Source: Balanoglossus misakiensis (lineage: Eukaryota > Animalia > Hemichordata). From it: DNA of 64,000 bases. Location of the stretch: assembly GCA_040954595.2 (NCBI GenBank), contig CM082585.2, positions 8,387,404 to 8,451,403 of the forward strand, given 5' to 3'. The notes beneath the pieces were generated by a model. The model saw only the letters and a program-made list of their open reading frames with translations, did no database searches and was not told where the DNA came from. Positions 25,646 through 39,159 of this stretch are shown here, in pieces (positions within the stretch are counted from its first letter, which is position 1; every line of letters begins with the position of its first letter). The position numbers were made by a program, and so were the translations under genes.

Positions 25646-26956
25646 TCAATACAATTTATCGGGTGTCATGCTGTCGACGTAGCAGTCACTGCAGATATAT
25701 TTTTGTAGGGCATGGGGAATGTCCAATTCAAAGACCGGGGAATTTTCCACTAGGTTGCGAAGTCCGAGCGTGCGTCGAATCACTTGGCGGCTGAGGTGTT
25801 TCAACGAAGAGGGGCGTCTGCTTTTGGCCAGGAGTCGTTGTCCCAACGGAGCCATGCCCGGGTCATGCATTAGGGTCGGCATATGCCCGCCGTAGTCCAC
25901 CACGCTGTGTTGGAAATCCGTCATGTTGTTGATGAGACAGGCGAAACCAACGAGCGCCTCGACGAGACGGTGCGTCACGGCTTCCGACGTTGGCGGGTAG
26001 GCCAACAATTCCGCCCCGTCCAGGTATTCGAAGAGCGGCGTACGGCCTTTCCTGTTCACGATATTCGGGTCGGCCCCGTGACGGACGAGATGGATGACCA
26101 CGTTGTCGTCTGGCCCCAGGCGGGCTGCTAAATGCAACGGCGTGTTACCATGGCGATCCTGTCCATTTACGTCAACTCCCCTTTTGATGAAATGCTCCAC
26201 CCAATACGTCGCGTGGCGTGAATCACAGAAGCCGCGTATCAAAAGATGCAATATATTCTCGCTGTCGGCAGTTTTAACCGTACAGTCCGCCCCGCAGTCG
26301 ATCAGATTTCTCATCGTCGCTGCAGCTCCAAATTGAGTGGCCAGCAGCAATGGTGTTTTGCCTTTCTTGTCCCGCAGTTCCATATCAGCGCCGTATTTCA
26401 CAAAAATCTGCGGACTGCCGATGAAATTATACATCGCGGCGTAGTGGAGAGGGGATCGACCCAAACTGTCGTCTGCTGTTCCCGCCATCACATCCGCCCC
26501 GTACGTTCCCAGCAGATCCAAAACTTTGCAAGACCGCCGGGACAACCTCATGAGTTTCCGACGTGTGTGCACATAAAGACGAAAGTAGTTGATGTTAGTC
26601 ACCAGCTGGTTGATGGCGGTCTTTCCCTCGTGGTCCAGGAGATCTGGGTCCAATCCCTGCTCAAGTAACATTTTCACGAACTTCTTGCAAGTTTTCATTT
26701 TGCGTCCTGTCTTGTAACGGCTGAACAATAGTTGGAGGGGTAGTCTGTCGGAGCAGCTATATCCGAACGAATTCTCCGGGATGGCTGGACATGGTGTAGG
26801 CGGTGTTGCCTGCCTGCGTACGAAATTATTCCAGTCAACGGTTTTGCCTTTTCCAAAGAACCTTTTCACCTTCCTGTAATTTCCCTTACCAATCATCTGC
26901 CACAAGTAATCTTCGTCATCCAACTCTTGCCTTTCGCGACTGCCTTGTTGACCCAT
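25646..26956 (-). CDS. Ankyrin repeat and SOCS box protein (ASB-like), intronless CDS
   Basis: Ankyrin repeats GRSPLHYAA, GKTPLLLA, GNTPLHLAA, GRTPL. C-terminal SOCS box PSSLKHLSRQVIRRTLG...LDIPHALQKYI. N-terminus MGQQGS. Confidence 0.9.
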   Translation of the reverse strand: MGQQGSRERQELDDEDYLWQMIGKGNYRKVKRFFGKGKTVDWNNFVRRQATPPTPCPAIPENSFGYSCSDRLPLQLLFSRYKTGRKMKTCKKFVKMLLEQGLDPDLLDHEGKTAINQLVTNINYFRLYVHTRRKLMRLSRRSCKVLDLLGTYGADVMAGTADDSLGRSPLHYAAMYNFIGSPQIFVKYGADMELRDKKGKTPLLLATQFGAAATMRNLIDCGADCTVKTADSENILHLLIRGFCDSRHATYWVEHFIKRGVDVNGQDRHGNTPLHLAARLGPDDNVVIHLVRHGADPNIVNRKGRTPLFEYLDGAELLAYPPTSEAVTHRLVEALVGFACLINNMTDFQHSVVDYGGHMPTLMHDPGMAPLGQRLLAKSRRPSSLKHLSRQVIRRTLGLRNLVENSPVFELDIPHALQKYICSDCYVDSMTPDKLY

Positions 26957-27049
26957 CTTCCAAAGTGTAAAATATCTGAAAACCGGATTTTTCCTTTTAG
27001 GAATATGTTTCGAACGTTGTCATAGAAAAAGTAAACAGTTAGAAGTTCC

Positions 27050-27720
27050 ACCAATGACGTCAATGTGTTCTGGCAGTGACGTCATCATTCGAAAACTTTC
27101 CAACCTTGTTCCAGGATCGATCAAAGTATGAAATATACTACTTACACTCATATCGAATTCACATATTTCCCTTCAATTCTTTTGATACAAATACAATGAA
27201 AAAGGATCCATGATTCAGCTATTGAACATAGTTTGGCATTTTAACTTTTCTTCACGCGCCAGTTGCGCTATCTCGAAGCTTGTCGCATTGGAGGAAAGAA
27301 ACGACGAACAGACAACAGGAAGTACATGTACATAATGGCGGCTCATTTGAAAAGTGAAACGAGCGAATGTCCAACACAAAGACGTGGAAATTGACGTGAC
27401 GTGGCCAGCTACGGACGTTGTTCTTGCCATTCTTGCTAAAGTTGTTGGTAAGTGTTCCAGACACCGAATACGGTAGGATTTTATATAAATGAATTGTTAT
27501 AACACGCTCCCAGTGTCGTGTGGTAACATGTTGTTTACGTGACCCCGCCCACTGCAAGTTCCCACAACGTTGACGGGTTATGTTTATAAAACCCCTCTTC
27601 TGCTTTCAAGACCGGTAGCAGTATATCGTACGTGTTTCTTGTGTTAAATTTCTATATCTAACTAACTGAGGGACAGGGTGCAAAGACACCAAGCTTTCAG
27701 CAAAGGTAAGGTTAGCCTGG
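27050..27720. promoter_or_regulatory. CpG-rich divergent promoter region between the ASB-like gene and C5orf34
   Basis: Start codons are 1.2 kb apart, head-to-head. TGACGTCA at 27055 and 27077, GAAAAGTGAAAC at 27349, TGACGTGA/TGACGTGG at 27392/27397, ATGGCGG at 27335. Candidate UTR donors near 27145 (-) and 27705 (+). Confidence 0.5.
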
Positions 27721-28127
27721 TAGCCGTACCGTAGGCTACGACTCCCAGTGTAGCTCTGCGTGGCAGGGCTGTGTTGTTACGGCCATGCCTCGCCGTAAGA
27801 CAAACAACCCTGCCACGCAGAGCTGAGTTGAGTAGAGCATGTGTCATTGTGTGTTCGACTGGTATGTATTTGCTGCGGGTCCGTATACTACCAGTCCCCT
27901 TGACATTCGTGTTGGAGAGTTGGCCGCAAGCTATGCATCCACCTGATGCAAAACGCATGGAAAAAATAATTCGCCATCCAGCCCGGTGGTGGCGCTCTCG
28001 ATATTTGCCCAGACTTTGATTTATCTGGACTCTCCTTCCCATGGCCTGCTTCCCTGATGTGCCATGATGCTGTCTCTTACAGGACTGGTGGTAGTCGATA
28101 AAGCATTAAAGGAACTATCCAATCACG

Positions 28128-31100
28128 ATGGCTGTCTCTCTCGTGCCAGTAGTGACACAGATGCTACTGTTTGGCAACGATGCCACTCAGGTCACCTATT
28201 CGGATGGCTCACAGTTGCAAATGTCCCCATGCGGTGCCGTGTTCGTACACACAAAGCAAGTCAAGCAGACCAGCCATCCTTTGCAAGATTTGCATCGGTA
28301 TGTAACATACCCAAGACATGTGTTGTCCTTTGTGAGCTACATGTAGTAATCACATGTCACTTTTGGGATACACAGTATACACTGTGCTTTTTCTGTTGTC
28401 TAATTTCAAGTGAAGCTTGCACATCAATATATAAGTGCTATTGCCATTGTAGCTTTAAAATGTTAAAAAGTTGTGTTGTTGCAGAACAACAAAAACATGT
28501 TATGTACAATGTAATCTCTATGATCTCCCACCAGTGATTTGGTAATTATGCCATGTATTTCTGTTTGTGTACAGTGTACAGCAGAGGACACAGTTTGTGA
28601 CCAGCGAGTTCAAGGCAAAGGTGCTTGAAGCCCTTGAATTCAGAAATCGGTTTGCGGAGAGACCATACATTTGTGGTGAACTCCTGGACGGAAAAGAATT
28701 GTTGGTGAGTACATGTACATGTACCTGCATGATTCTATCTGTAGAGGTCCATATTTACCATGGAAAATAATTGGTTTGGACAAAGCCATGGTGGTGAAAG
28801 GGTTAATGAGATACAGTGCCTGTATTTTAGTCTCATTTCCCTTTTCTGGGCAATTCAGGGTTGGGTGCTAAATGAAGAAAATATGTATGCTAGAATCCAA
28901 TAGTAAAGCTCATTTGCACTTGGACAAGAGCTTTTCACTGATCATGATGTATGCTTGACAAACATTTCTAAACATTTATTTTTGTTTAAATCACAGAATG
29001 TGCATGCTGATATCGACAAGTTCAGGTGGTCAACAGAACATAGTGCTGTAAAACTGTGCGAGGATGGTTCTGTGTGTGTCACTGCATTAGATGGCCATGC
29101 GTGTCTGACTCTTGTGCCCCACCAGCTGGAGTTCAGCGTGAAGTACCTGGCTAAAGTTGGCCGAGCCCTCTCACGGAATGCCGAGATTTCCGACGTCACA
29201 GGCGCCAGGAGAGAAGAGGAGAATCGCTTCCTCACCATTGCCATGATGGAAATGGATGGCAGCTTCACTGGCACGCTACCAAACCTGTCTCCAAGGCAGC
29301 GTGTGGAGGAGAGGTTGCCGGGCAACCGGAGTGCAGACGACGCTGGAGAGGAAAGAGGCAAAGAGATGGCACAAGACAAAGTGTCGAAAACTCAGTACGT
29401 TTGGATGATTCAGCACATTTCTGTAGCGGCGTGTCCAGAACGCTGGAAGCAGCCCCTGCACTTGGCGTTGCACTGCAGAACTGATCTTGACAGCTGCCAG
29501 CAGAGCCCCATGGGTGACGACGTTGATGCAGAGCAGAACAAGAAACAACAGAGGACCCGCGTCACCACAGAGCGTAGCCCCGCAGAAAAACAAGCGGTGA
29601 TCGTGACCTCTGCACCCCCGGCCACTCTGACGCTCAGCTGCCCAGCGTCCCACTTGCACAGGTGGAACAGTGAGCCCTCTGCAGATGGAAGGGTGTTGGA
29701 CAACGCTTACAACATACAACAGGAGAAACTGAAGGTGGTCTGCACTGACGGTGTTATTTACAGGTAAGTTTGGTTTCAGCAGTTGCTCTTTGGGAAATAC
29801 AAAGAAAATCATACACTCTGCAAGCAAAATGCGCATGATTAATTTAAATTTCAGTCAGTCCAAATTTCAAGTCTTGGATTGGATCAGATTGCATTGTATT
29901 GTATTATATATTATGTTGTATTATATTGAATCATATCATGTCATTTGGGTTGATCATATCATATGAATGTGATAGTTTTAACATCTACTTATTACTTACA
30001 GATTACACTGGGGTGGACGACCTTCAGTGGAAGTTTACCCGGGGGATGGTTCCATCATCAAGTCTAAAGGCCCCACTGGGTGTTTCTTCACACACTGCTG
30101 GTATGAGGACTCTACTGTGGCAGAGAGGGTGTATTCATCTGAGAATCCACCCCCTGATACACCCAGGCTCTCGTACTCCATTCGCAAATTTATCAAGCAA
30201 GCTGCAAGGTGGGATTTCAGTGTTCCTGGTATTTGATTTTATTCCACTTAAGTATATTAGCAGCTGAATCTGTGGTAATTTGGGGCCTTTGGCTAAAACA
30301 ATAGAACAGTCTTTTTTTTACATTAATTTCTATTTTAAGTGGAAAGTAACGGCATGGTGTTATTTCCCTTCAGATTATTTTATCACATGCCTCACCAGAA
30401 TCACAGCATTATAGAAATTGAACCAACTTGCTGTTGGAAGGTAAGTCTGGCCTTATTACTGTTTAATATGGTCAGTTTAAGCTATGAAAAACAAAGAGAA
30501 ACTGTTTAATGACAGTTTTCAGCAGTTCTGAGTTTTAAGTTATCTGTACTGGTGTGCTCTGGTACATGTACACTTAGAGAACAGTTACATCAATAGAAAT
30601 ATCTCATGTAGCAAAAGAAATATCACATGTATCATTGTGTACACATTGTAACAACTTTGTGACAATCTTTCAGGCAAAGTCAGCACTGAGGCAACCCACT
30701 GTTCCCACCCCGACGTCCGTTCTTGAAGAGACGCAGATACCAGACTTGGGTCGTTTCTCTGCCTACACAGACGGCAGAGTCCGGATCTTGTTCGCTGACA
30801 GGACCATGCTGGACATGAAATGGGATTTCAGTAAAAGACTGCTGGGAAAACGTGGGGCTGGTTCATCAGGACTCCAGGAAGATGTGAGTGGAGACCGTGT
30901 TATTTCCAAAGTATATGCAGACAGTTTAGATCTTGAGTAACCAGTTAGTTTGTTGAGTCAGTGGTGCGTCATATACATGTAATGGGCTTAGAGGGCCCAC
31001 TGGTCCAGACTTCTCAAGTCAAATTTCTTCGTGCTGGAAAGCATACAACAGAAATGTCAAGTCAAGTACTTGGGGGCGCTCTTCAAAATACAAAATTAGG

Positions 31101-32362
31101 GCTGTTCATAATGCATGTGTTAATTTTCTTGGCAGTTTGTTGTGCAAAGAAAATTAACAATAGACTTTCTAGGGATGCAGGGATGAATGATCTGCTCGCT
31201 GGTAATTATGATTTATTTCGCCTTTAGGTGAACGACATCGAGAATGATCCTCCTCATCCATCACTCAGTCTCCCAAAGATACGAGCGGATCAAACTGTTC
31301 CCAATGGCGCCTGTCGTCTGCTGCTTCCAAACGGACAATATCAGATCGTCAATCTGCACCAGCCCTGTGGCTTCTACAAGTAAGCCTCTAAAGCGTTAAA
31401 GCCCCAGTAGCTGCCATGGTTGCGTTATTTTCATGATTTTACTTTCAAACTAAGAATGGTGCACTTAAATGAGCTAACTGATGGGTATAGGCAAACATAT
31501 TATCAACCACTGATTGCGGCTGTAAATTTAAACATGAACAGTCAGAGAACTGTAGCTGACACACAGAATGACAAATCTGAAAAATATTCCCATTTAAATC
31601 CACATACATGTCATTTGTACGGGAAGCTAATGACAGTAATCAATTTCTGCATTGTTTCCCCTCAGGTACGTTTCCGTTGCTATGGAGTGGGCCGCGTGGG
31701 TAAACAGCTCACCCAACGAGAGATTGAATTTCTATGAAGGCAGAGACGTAGAGTTCAATAAGACAAGGTAGCCATGTTATGTTCTCACTGCTTGTTTTTA
31801 TCTGTGCATCCCTCATCTCTACATGGAATAGCCCAAAATCACCAGGTGTGAAAAAATATTCTATACAAAAGTTTCTGATCCAAAGTACATTGTAGTTATT
31901 ATGACATGAAATGCCATAAGAACTGTACATTCGATCTTGTATCAAAGCAGAAGAATAACTTACCTTGTATTCTATTATTTTTTCAGAACTGTTGCGGCAG
32001 AACTGAAGAAAATAGAAACCTTTAACTGTATCCTTGATCAAACAACTGTTGAATCCATACAGTAATGTGAAATAAATATCAGCTTGTTTAGAAAACACGT
32101 TTAGTTTCCACACCAAACTTAACACAGGGACACAGGCTGGAATATTCCTTAACACTGATTTTGTCCAGACCTGATGGAGAACACTAATATCCCTTCCAGG
32201 CACGATTTGGGACTGAAAGGTACCAGGCAAGGGAACAGCATGCCACAGGATGTTCTTGTTCAAATACCTGGTCCCAGAGTCGGCCCTGCCATGGTGCAAG
32301 AAGTGTTGAAACGGACATCGCAGACTATCACCGACATCAACAGTCTTCTGGACAAAAGTTGA
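28128..32362 (+). CDS. C5orf34: C5orf34 homologue (uncharacterised, DUF4524/DUF4520-type), 10 coding exons
   Basis: Exons 28128-28297, 28575-28704, 28997-29763, 30002-30208, 30374-30440, 30674-30883, 31228-31379, 31666-31767, 31987-32027, 32169-32362. Recognised from MLLF.ND..QVTYSDGSQLQMSPCG, HPL..QRT.FV.S....AL.FRN, GRFSAYTDGRVRILF.D. Confidence 0.82.
32028..32168 (+). other. U12-type (minor spliceosome) GT-AG intron
   Basis: 5' site GTATCCTT, branch site TTCCTTAAC at 32145-32153, CAG at 32166-32168. Removal gives in-frame FN-Y-LMENT, whereas read-through hits a TAA. Confidence 0.88.
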
Positions 32363-35300
32363 GACTTTCAAACGGTACCTATCAGTGAGAAAAGTGTATT
32401 TTGAATGAAGTTGTTGAAATTCATTTTTTGTTTTCTTTTGGAATTTTTTTTATGATTTCTAAAAAAATGTAAATTGTTTTTTACCAACATATACTCTGTT
32501 GTTCACCATGTCCATTCAACAAATATGCATCAGTTATATTTTGGACAAAAATTATAGTAATCATGGGTAATGGATATTCCAGTGAAAATTCCGAGAAATG
32601 AAAAGTTCAGTAATTCAACCTAATATCACTGCCATTAATATTTCTGTATCATCTACCTCAATCAAGAAAATAATTTCTAGAATTTTTATTTTGCTCTGTC
32701 ATAAAAGAAAAGATTATGAAATGAAAGCTTACCAATGACAATCCAGTCAAACTGGCCTGCCATCAAATTAATAATTTTGTTCTACAAGATTTTGTTGAAA
32801 ATCTAGCATGACCTTTTGAACTCTCACGTCATACCGGTATAATATTATTGTAATATAGGTCTTAGTCTTACACTAACAAAGAATAAATTGAATTCCTACT
32901 CTTGGACGTTTTTGTGTCCACATTGTCTTTTCTGTCGTTCATCAATCTTAAGTGACCTTGAGTCATAATTCTGATGACCATAGCCAAGCATGTAGAATTT
33001 TGAGATACCGCTATTGTACCTCAGCTGAAGGGGAGCTTTAGCCGACATAAATTTCTATGTCACAGTGCTTGATTTTTTCATTGCAGAGCTGTTCAGATAT
33101 TTCTACAATAGACAAATGTAGCAGAAGAGTGCAAGAAAAGTAGTGACCCAGACCTTGACCCCATATTTTAGACCCTCTAGCTGAACAGGTAGGACAGGAA
33201 CACAGTTTTCTATTTATTGTTCTTTAAAATTCGTTGGCGTAAAGTAATGACTTTGAATTTGAATAGCCCCCTGACCATTTAGATATGTTTTGAGTCGTGC
33301 TTATGGGTCAAATCATAGGATACTGGATTGCATTTCCCATTGGGGCGTTTTTCGCACCTGAAGGATGCAAATTATACGATTACACACACACACTGGCGGC
33401 ACCAATATGTCGCCCCCTAGTGTCGAGTGGAATGTTCCTCATCGGTGGTGATCGTCGAGAGTGCCCTCAATCCACAATGACTGAACTGACCTAGATTGCA
33501 CGACGTCAAGTGTTAAAACCACTAATGACTTGACAGGTACATTTGTTATCAGTCACTTGCCATCACATACACACCCAGTTGAACACGTTCCTGAAAACCA
33601 TTTTCACTGGAAAAGGTAATTTCTCACATTCATGGCTGATGTGAGTGCAAGATCGATACCCCCACTTACTCAAAAGTGACACAAGGGCTGATTGGATAAT
33701 AAACATTCTTTTGACCAATATGCATAAAATGTTATCCAATTGCGTGATAGGTAGTATATAACCACAACATAGCTCCTAGTTTCATTGATGGCAAAAACAA
33801 GAGCTTTCATTTTCCAAATGATTTTGCTTTATTACAAGCCGTAGCTGAGGGTCGTTAACATAACAAATGTTTCATTGCTGTATTACAGTTCAATATTGTA
33901 AACACAACGGACTGGGTTAGCGTTCGTTCTGCATACAGTACATAGTGGATCAGGGAATCAAGCAACAAAAATAAGTTTCAAAGTTTTTTCAGAAAAAAGT
34001 GGTTGTCACTGCAGTTTGCCGTTTTCTCTCAGGTACATGTAGGTAACGGAGACAAAATTGTCTCTAATCGTCCGCTAATATCCACACAAGTTTAACCCTT
34101 TCTCCCCCTGTCTCCTTGTACATAGGTCGGTCCACACCACTGAAAACAACAGGGTGAGACCAAAGTTGACTGATGAAAAGGTTGAGTTGTATGCAGTTTT
34201 TGAAACGTGGTGGCAGTCTGCACAAGTTTCTTCGTCCCTTGATTTACATTTAATTAATAAATTCATAACTGATTGTGTGCGTTTGTGTGCAGCTGCCAGC
34301 TTCGACATATCCGACAAACTGCTACTGCCAAAATTTCGAGATGATTGGGTATTTGGGATGTTCTGGGGGCCACATGGGGTGCGTGCTTATGACTAAACAG
34401 ACTACGGCACACACGTATATGTAGTGACAACCATATTACAGACACCACAACCCAGTACTATCTCCAGAAATCTGCGTAGCAGTCGTATTTCACAATACTA
34501 CATGTTAAAAAAAACTCGGCAATAGAAAAATGCTTTGGTACAACTCCCAATACTGACTACCTTTCCAATCAAACCAACAACTGTAATATATATCAAATCT
34601 ATAACAATTTCTAACATTTTTTCTGTAAATCAATGGAAAACATTACATACAGATATTTAAACTGGTAGACCTACCACCTAAGGTGCTTTCTATTGCTCCC
34701 CTCTTAAAGGGGCATACGCAATTCACAGTCAAAATAGCTATTGTTTATTTCCATAGAAGTGCCCACGTCAAGAAATATTGGTCTTTAACATGGCCACAAT
34801 TCTGTTGTTGGACTAGCCCCTAACAGATTGGTTCTGTCCGTAAACAAGGGAAGCAATAGACAGTGTCTCAAGCAATAGATCCACCAGTCCAACAGAATTG
34901 AGCGCAGAAAAGAATACTGGTATGTGTGAGCTTGCTCGAGTTTGTGAAGCATCATATACCTACGCCCAAAGTTTACTCAAATTAAAAAGTTCGGACTTGA
35001 AGGCTTTCTCCCTCAGGCTACATGTACAAAAATGTAGCATCTCGAAAAAGAAAAAACAAATCTGCATATACATTACATGACTGGATCACCAGCACTTTCC
35101 GGAAAAAAAATGCCCTAAGCTATCTCTAAAACTACCATACATGGTAAAACAAGCTAACTCTAATTTCACAGCTTAATAGCCTTGCCACCCCTATGTTTTG
35201 ATAATACAGTCCAACTCTGTGCACTGAATAACTAGGGGTGATACTAAATGACTGGGGGGGTGGGGGGTGAGGTGAAGAGGTGTTGTATTTAAGGGATGTG

Positions 35301-35546
35301 TATTCAATTCTCAGTAACCCGTACAATGAACTTGTGTATATCGTTGCAAGCACAACTGTAATACACTACTACGCCTTTTAACACCCTTGTACAAAACTGA
35401 TTCCACAGTTTTCATTTCAAATCAAAATGCAGCTAATATTATCTGCTAAATGTACAACAACGCAGACATCATCAACACCTATGAATAACCAGGTCAGCGT
35501 GAAATAAAAATAGTTCTCAATTAATCTGTAGGTGTTTGTATCCCTA

Positions 35547-38500
35547 CTATGCGGCGGGCTTGAGTTCACGTATCTGTTTTATTAAGTAGGCTTTTTCGTC
35601 GTTGAATTGGTCGTCTTCTGTCCTGTCGTTGTGGAACTGACTCAAGAAGTCGACCAGCTTCTCTCGGTTCTTCAAGAGGATGTCAAGGATGGGCTTGGTC
35701 TTGTTGGGGTTGGCTACAAATACCTGTTGATCAAAAAAAGTCAAAATAAAAGTCTTGTAGATCATATCTCCCACTGTCTGATTCAGGTATACTCTGGAGT
35801 GTTATCCTACACTGGTCAGAATCACCTTTCTGGTTACCCTTTCACCCCTTTTTCCTGAATGCAAGCCCCAACTATGCTATTGCAGACAGTAGGGTTGAAC
35901 CAAATTTTGATTCACAAAGGGGGTTTACACGACTCTTACCTTGAAGACATGGAAGGCTTCAAATTGAATATTTCTGCTTTTGTCTCGAAGCATGTTCATC
36001 ATTAACTTCAGATTATCGGGATTACTAATATACTTGGTCATGACTGTAAAGTTGTGTCTGTCTAATAGAAGCTCTCCGAGCAGCTGTAAGGTACAAACAA
36101 AATTCAATTAACCAGTGTCACATTTAAATGGGGGGGGGGGGGGGGGGGTGTAATTCACCCCCTGTTGTCATGTTGGCTGCGAGAGAGTCCAAGGAAGACA
36201 ATCCCCCTTGTTGATGCCATCTTAGATGGAACACTGATTTTAATACTAGGCAAGTGAATGACCCTGAATAGGATCTGTTGTGAGATACAGTGGGACTTGT
36301 GTCTCGCAGCATGCTCTGCCAAATGACGGGAAACCTGAGCTGTTAATGGTGTAACAGGGTCACCATATCTGTCTGGCTATTGCTACAACTGTACAGGGTA
36401 TCCCCAATATCCCTCCATGATGCTGAAATGACCAACCCCGGTCTGATTCTCACCTTAAGTGACTGTCTCCTAGTCACATAGTTTGATGAATTCAGCAGGC
36501 CCTCGTAATGTCCGAACACCTTTTCATAGTTCTTTTCCAGAAATTCTGCGCACATGATCTTGTGTTTAGTCAGAAGATCCTGTCGGCAAGATGTGGAAAA
36601 AAAATGTTACTTCACCAGGGGGGTACATGTACTTGGCTGTAAAACAGACAATGAATTTGTCAGCTTGTTGAAATTATTATGCCAGTCATCTCGCTCTCTG
36701 CTTTTGTCACAATCCACACACACACACACATATTACCTTGAACGTAGCAAATGCGTCCGAGGCAAGGTCAAAGGTCGACATCTCCACGTACGTAAAGAAT
36801 CTGTAGAAGTCTTCGGAAGCGAGAAGAATCTTGCATAAAGCCTCGTGTCTCACACATTCTCGGAGCATCACTCCACAGTTCAGGGCTATTTCCTGGGTTT
36901 CATACCTGTCGCATAAAATGCAAGAACGAAGGCCGTTAATACACTGCTGTGCACCAGTGTAGAGCAATGAACCAGGAACATAAATACATTATCACTAAAA
37001 CCACACATACATGTACATTATGAAGCTCCACAGCAGACTAGAGTTCTAATCCAAAGCTTTATCAGCAATTAATAAACCCTTTTACCGGATTATTACACAG
37101 AACATGTAACCGTCCATAGGGATGATCTTGATATTATCTCAGTGCACTGCTGGTATAAACAAGACCACAGAAAATGGTAAAGTGAGGCCAAACGTTAACA
37201 TACCCTCTGATTAGCCTGAATAGGATTTCTTCTTTTGTACATATGTATTCCACGGTGGGTGACCGAGTACCGATCTGTCTTCGTAGTAAGTTGTTGAATA
37301 TCTGTGCCACATCTTTCTTGGCCTGTTGAAAAAACAACAAATTTTTAGTTAAATTTAATAGGTCTGAGTTATCGCATATTACAGCCTTAATATTTCACTG
37401 GTAACAATGCACTTGAGTAAATTTAACACATGAGCGAGCATATGACGTAAGTGAAATTCTTCTCGTTTTGTTTCCAAGTAACTTGACAACGGGCAGCCTA
37501 ACGATAATGTGCAGACTACAGGCTTCCATGCAAGCCCATTGTTAAGGCAAGATGTTTCATGCCAAGAGATTATTTTTAATGATTATTTAGATACTTATCT
37601 TTTTTTTATTTCAAATTACAGATGAAAAAGGGGGTTCAAACAGTTGTATTTTACCACACAGTCAATAAATGCCAGACAGTTTACATATTTGTACTTCTTG
37701 ATCAAATGTTTACAGAAATGCCACAAACCATACGGAAGATTAATATTTAAACATAATTCAATCAAATTTATACAGTAAAAATCAAGTGACAGCAGTGATT
37801 ATACATTTTCAGGTCAATTTCCCAATGGGAATTAAATTCAACCAAATAGACAAGTTCCACTATTTCCTGTTCATAATTATTTGAAAAATAGCTAAAATTA
37901 GCCCTTCAGAAATCAGCTATACTAGATCGGAGGCATATAAAATAATAATAGAATGCTAATAGGATTAGGAAAGGGCTATCATATGACAAAATTGGCTATT
38001 AAGTGAACAAAGAAGGTACATGTACAAGGACAATTAAATTACATGTACATGTACCATATGGTCAGTTTTTCAGTTGTTTTTCAATTTTTCAAGCACTGTA
38101 AAATGATGAAAGAAATTAGGTCACCCCCAAAAATGTTTTCTTTTTCAGTGTAAGGTCTTGTTTCAAATGAAATAATAAATTAATATTATTAACTTTACGA
38201 ATGCTACATCAGTACTTAATTCTTTTCAGTGATATAATATCAAATCTGATTTCCAGTGTCCACTTTCAAGTGAACAGTCTATAATGAAGTTCAGACATTG
38301 CACTTTATGAAAACATATGGCTTATGTGCATTGCCATGTCGTCTTTGATAAGAAATGTGACCTTTTTCGAACTTGTGAAGGTGACATGAATTGCTGACTT
38401 AATATGTGTCACGATGTGCGTACACACAGTAGTCCCAGTTGATTGATGGGATGGGCCTGACATTATCACCTTTTATTACTCCTGTAACACGCACCATCAC

Positions 38501-39159
38501 AGAATCTCGTAACCTCGCCTGATTGTTCCTCTGTGAATACTGATGACTATGGATACCGTGTGGGCAGATATAGTCCCATTACCTGGTACTGTGCGTGTGT
38601 GCCATTTGCTCGCCATCTATTCCTGATAAACCTGCTTACCTCGAAGTCGATTTTCTGTAGGTTCTGTATAAGCATGTCTAGTAGGTCGTGGTTGTAGAAT
38701 TCTTGGGCCAGCTGAGCCACCAGCTCCGTCTGTGGTTCCTGATCTCCGGTGCCATACAGCACATTCTTCATCGATATCAGTGTCTTGGACACATCCTCCA
38801 GTGCCTGTGTGCAAAATTGTTTGTAAAAACAGAAATGTGCAGCCAATTATTGAGACACGCAGCTAAACACAGTTGTATATACATTGTAAGTTGAAGCCTA
38901 GTCCAACAAAATCGAACCGGTAGCCTGCTTGGTTGATATCGACTGAACCAGCCATCACACCTGATTCAAAAATCAAACCCACTGCCTGCTTGGTCAATGG
39001 TTGATATCGACTGAACCAGCCCTCAGACCCGTCGCCATGGTACCTTACCTTTTCCACTTTCTTATCGGCTATGTTCTCTTTCTCCAGCACGTTCATAGCC
39101 TCCCTGAGAACCTTGACAAGCTCCTGGGGGCTCTTCTGCGATTTGCCAAAGAGAGGCAT
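35547..39159 (-). CDS. CAB39: Calcium-binding protein 39 / MO25, 7 coding exons, 336 aa
   Basis: Exons 39159-39049, 38804-38640, 37322-37204, 36905-36737, 36579-36454, 36083-35940, 35723-35547 (1011 nt). Motifs [67 protein letters not shown]. Confidence 0.97.
36130..36148 (+). repeat. Poly-G tract (19 nt) in a CAB39 intron
   Basis: Seen directly. Confidence 0.9.

Noticed and set aside
25883-26668. Plus-strand ORFs opposite the ASB-like gene
   Set aside because: GC-rich antisense shadows with no independent motifs.
29276-29836. 186-aa minus-strand ORF
   Set aside because: Antisense to the large C5orf34 exon, with no recognisable features.
31709-32371. 220-aa minus-strand ORF
   Set aside because: Spans C5orf34 exons and introns antisense, has a non-ATG start and shows no domain signal.
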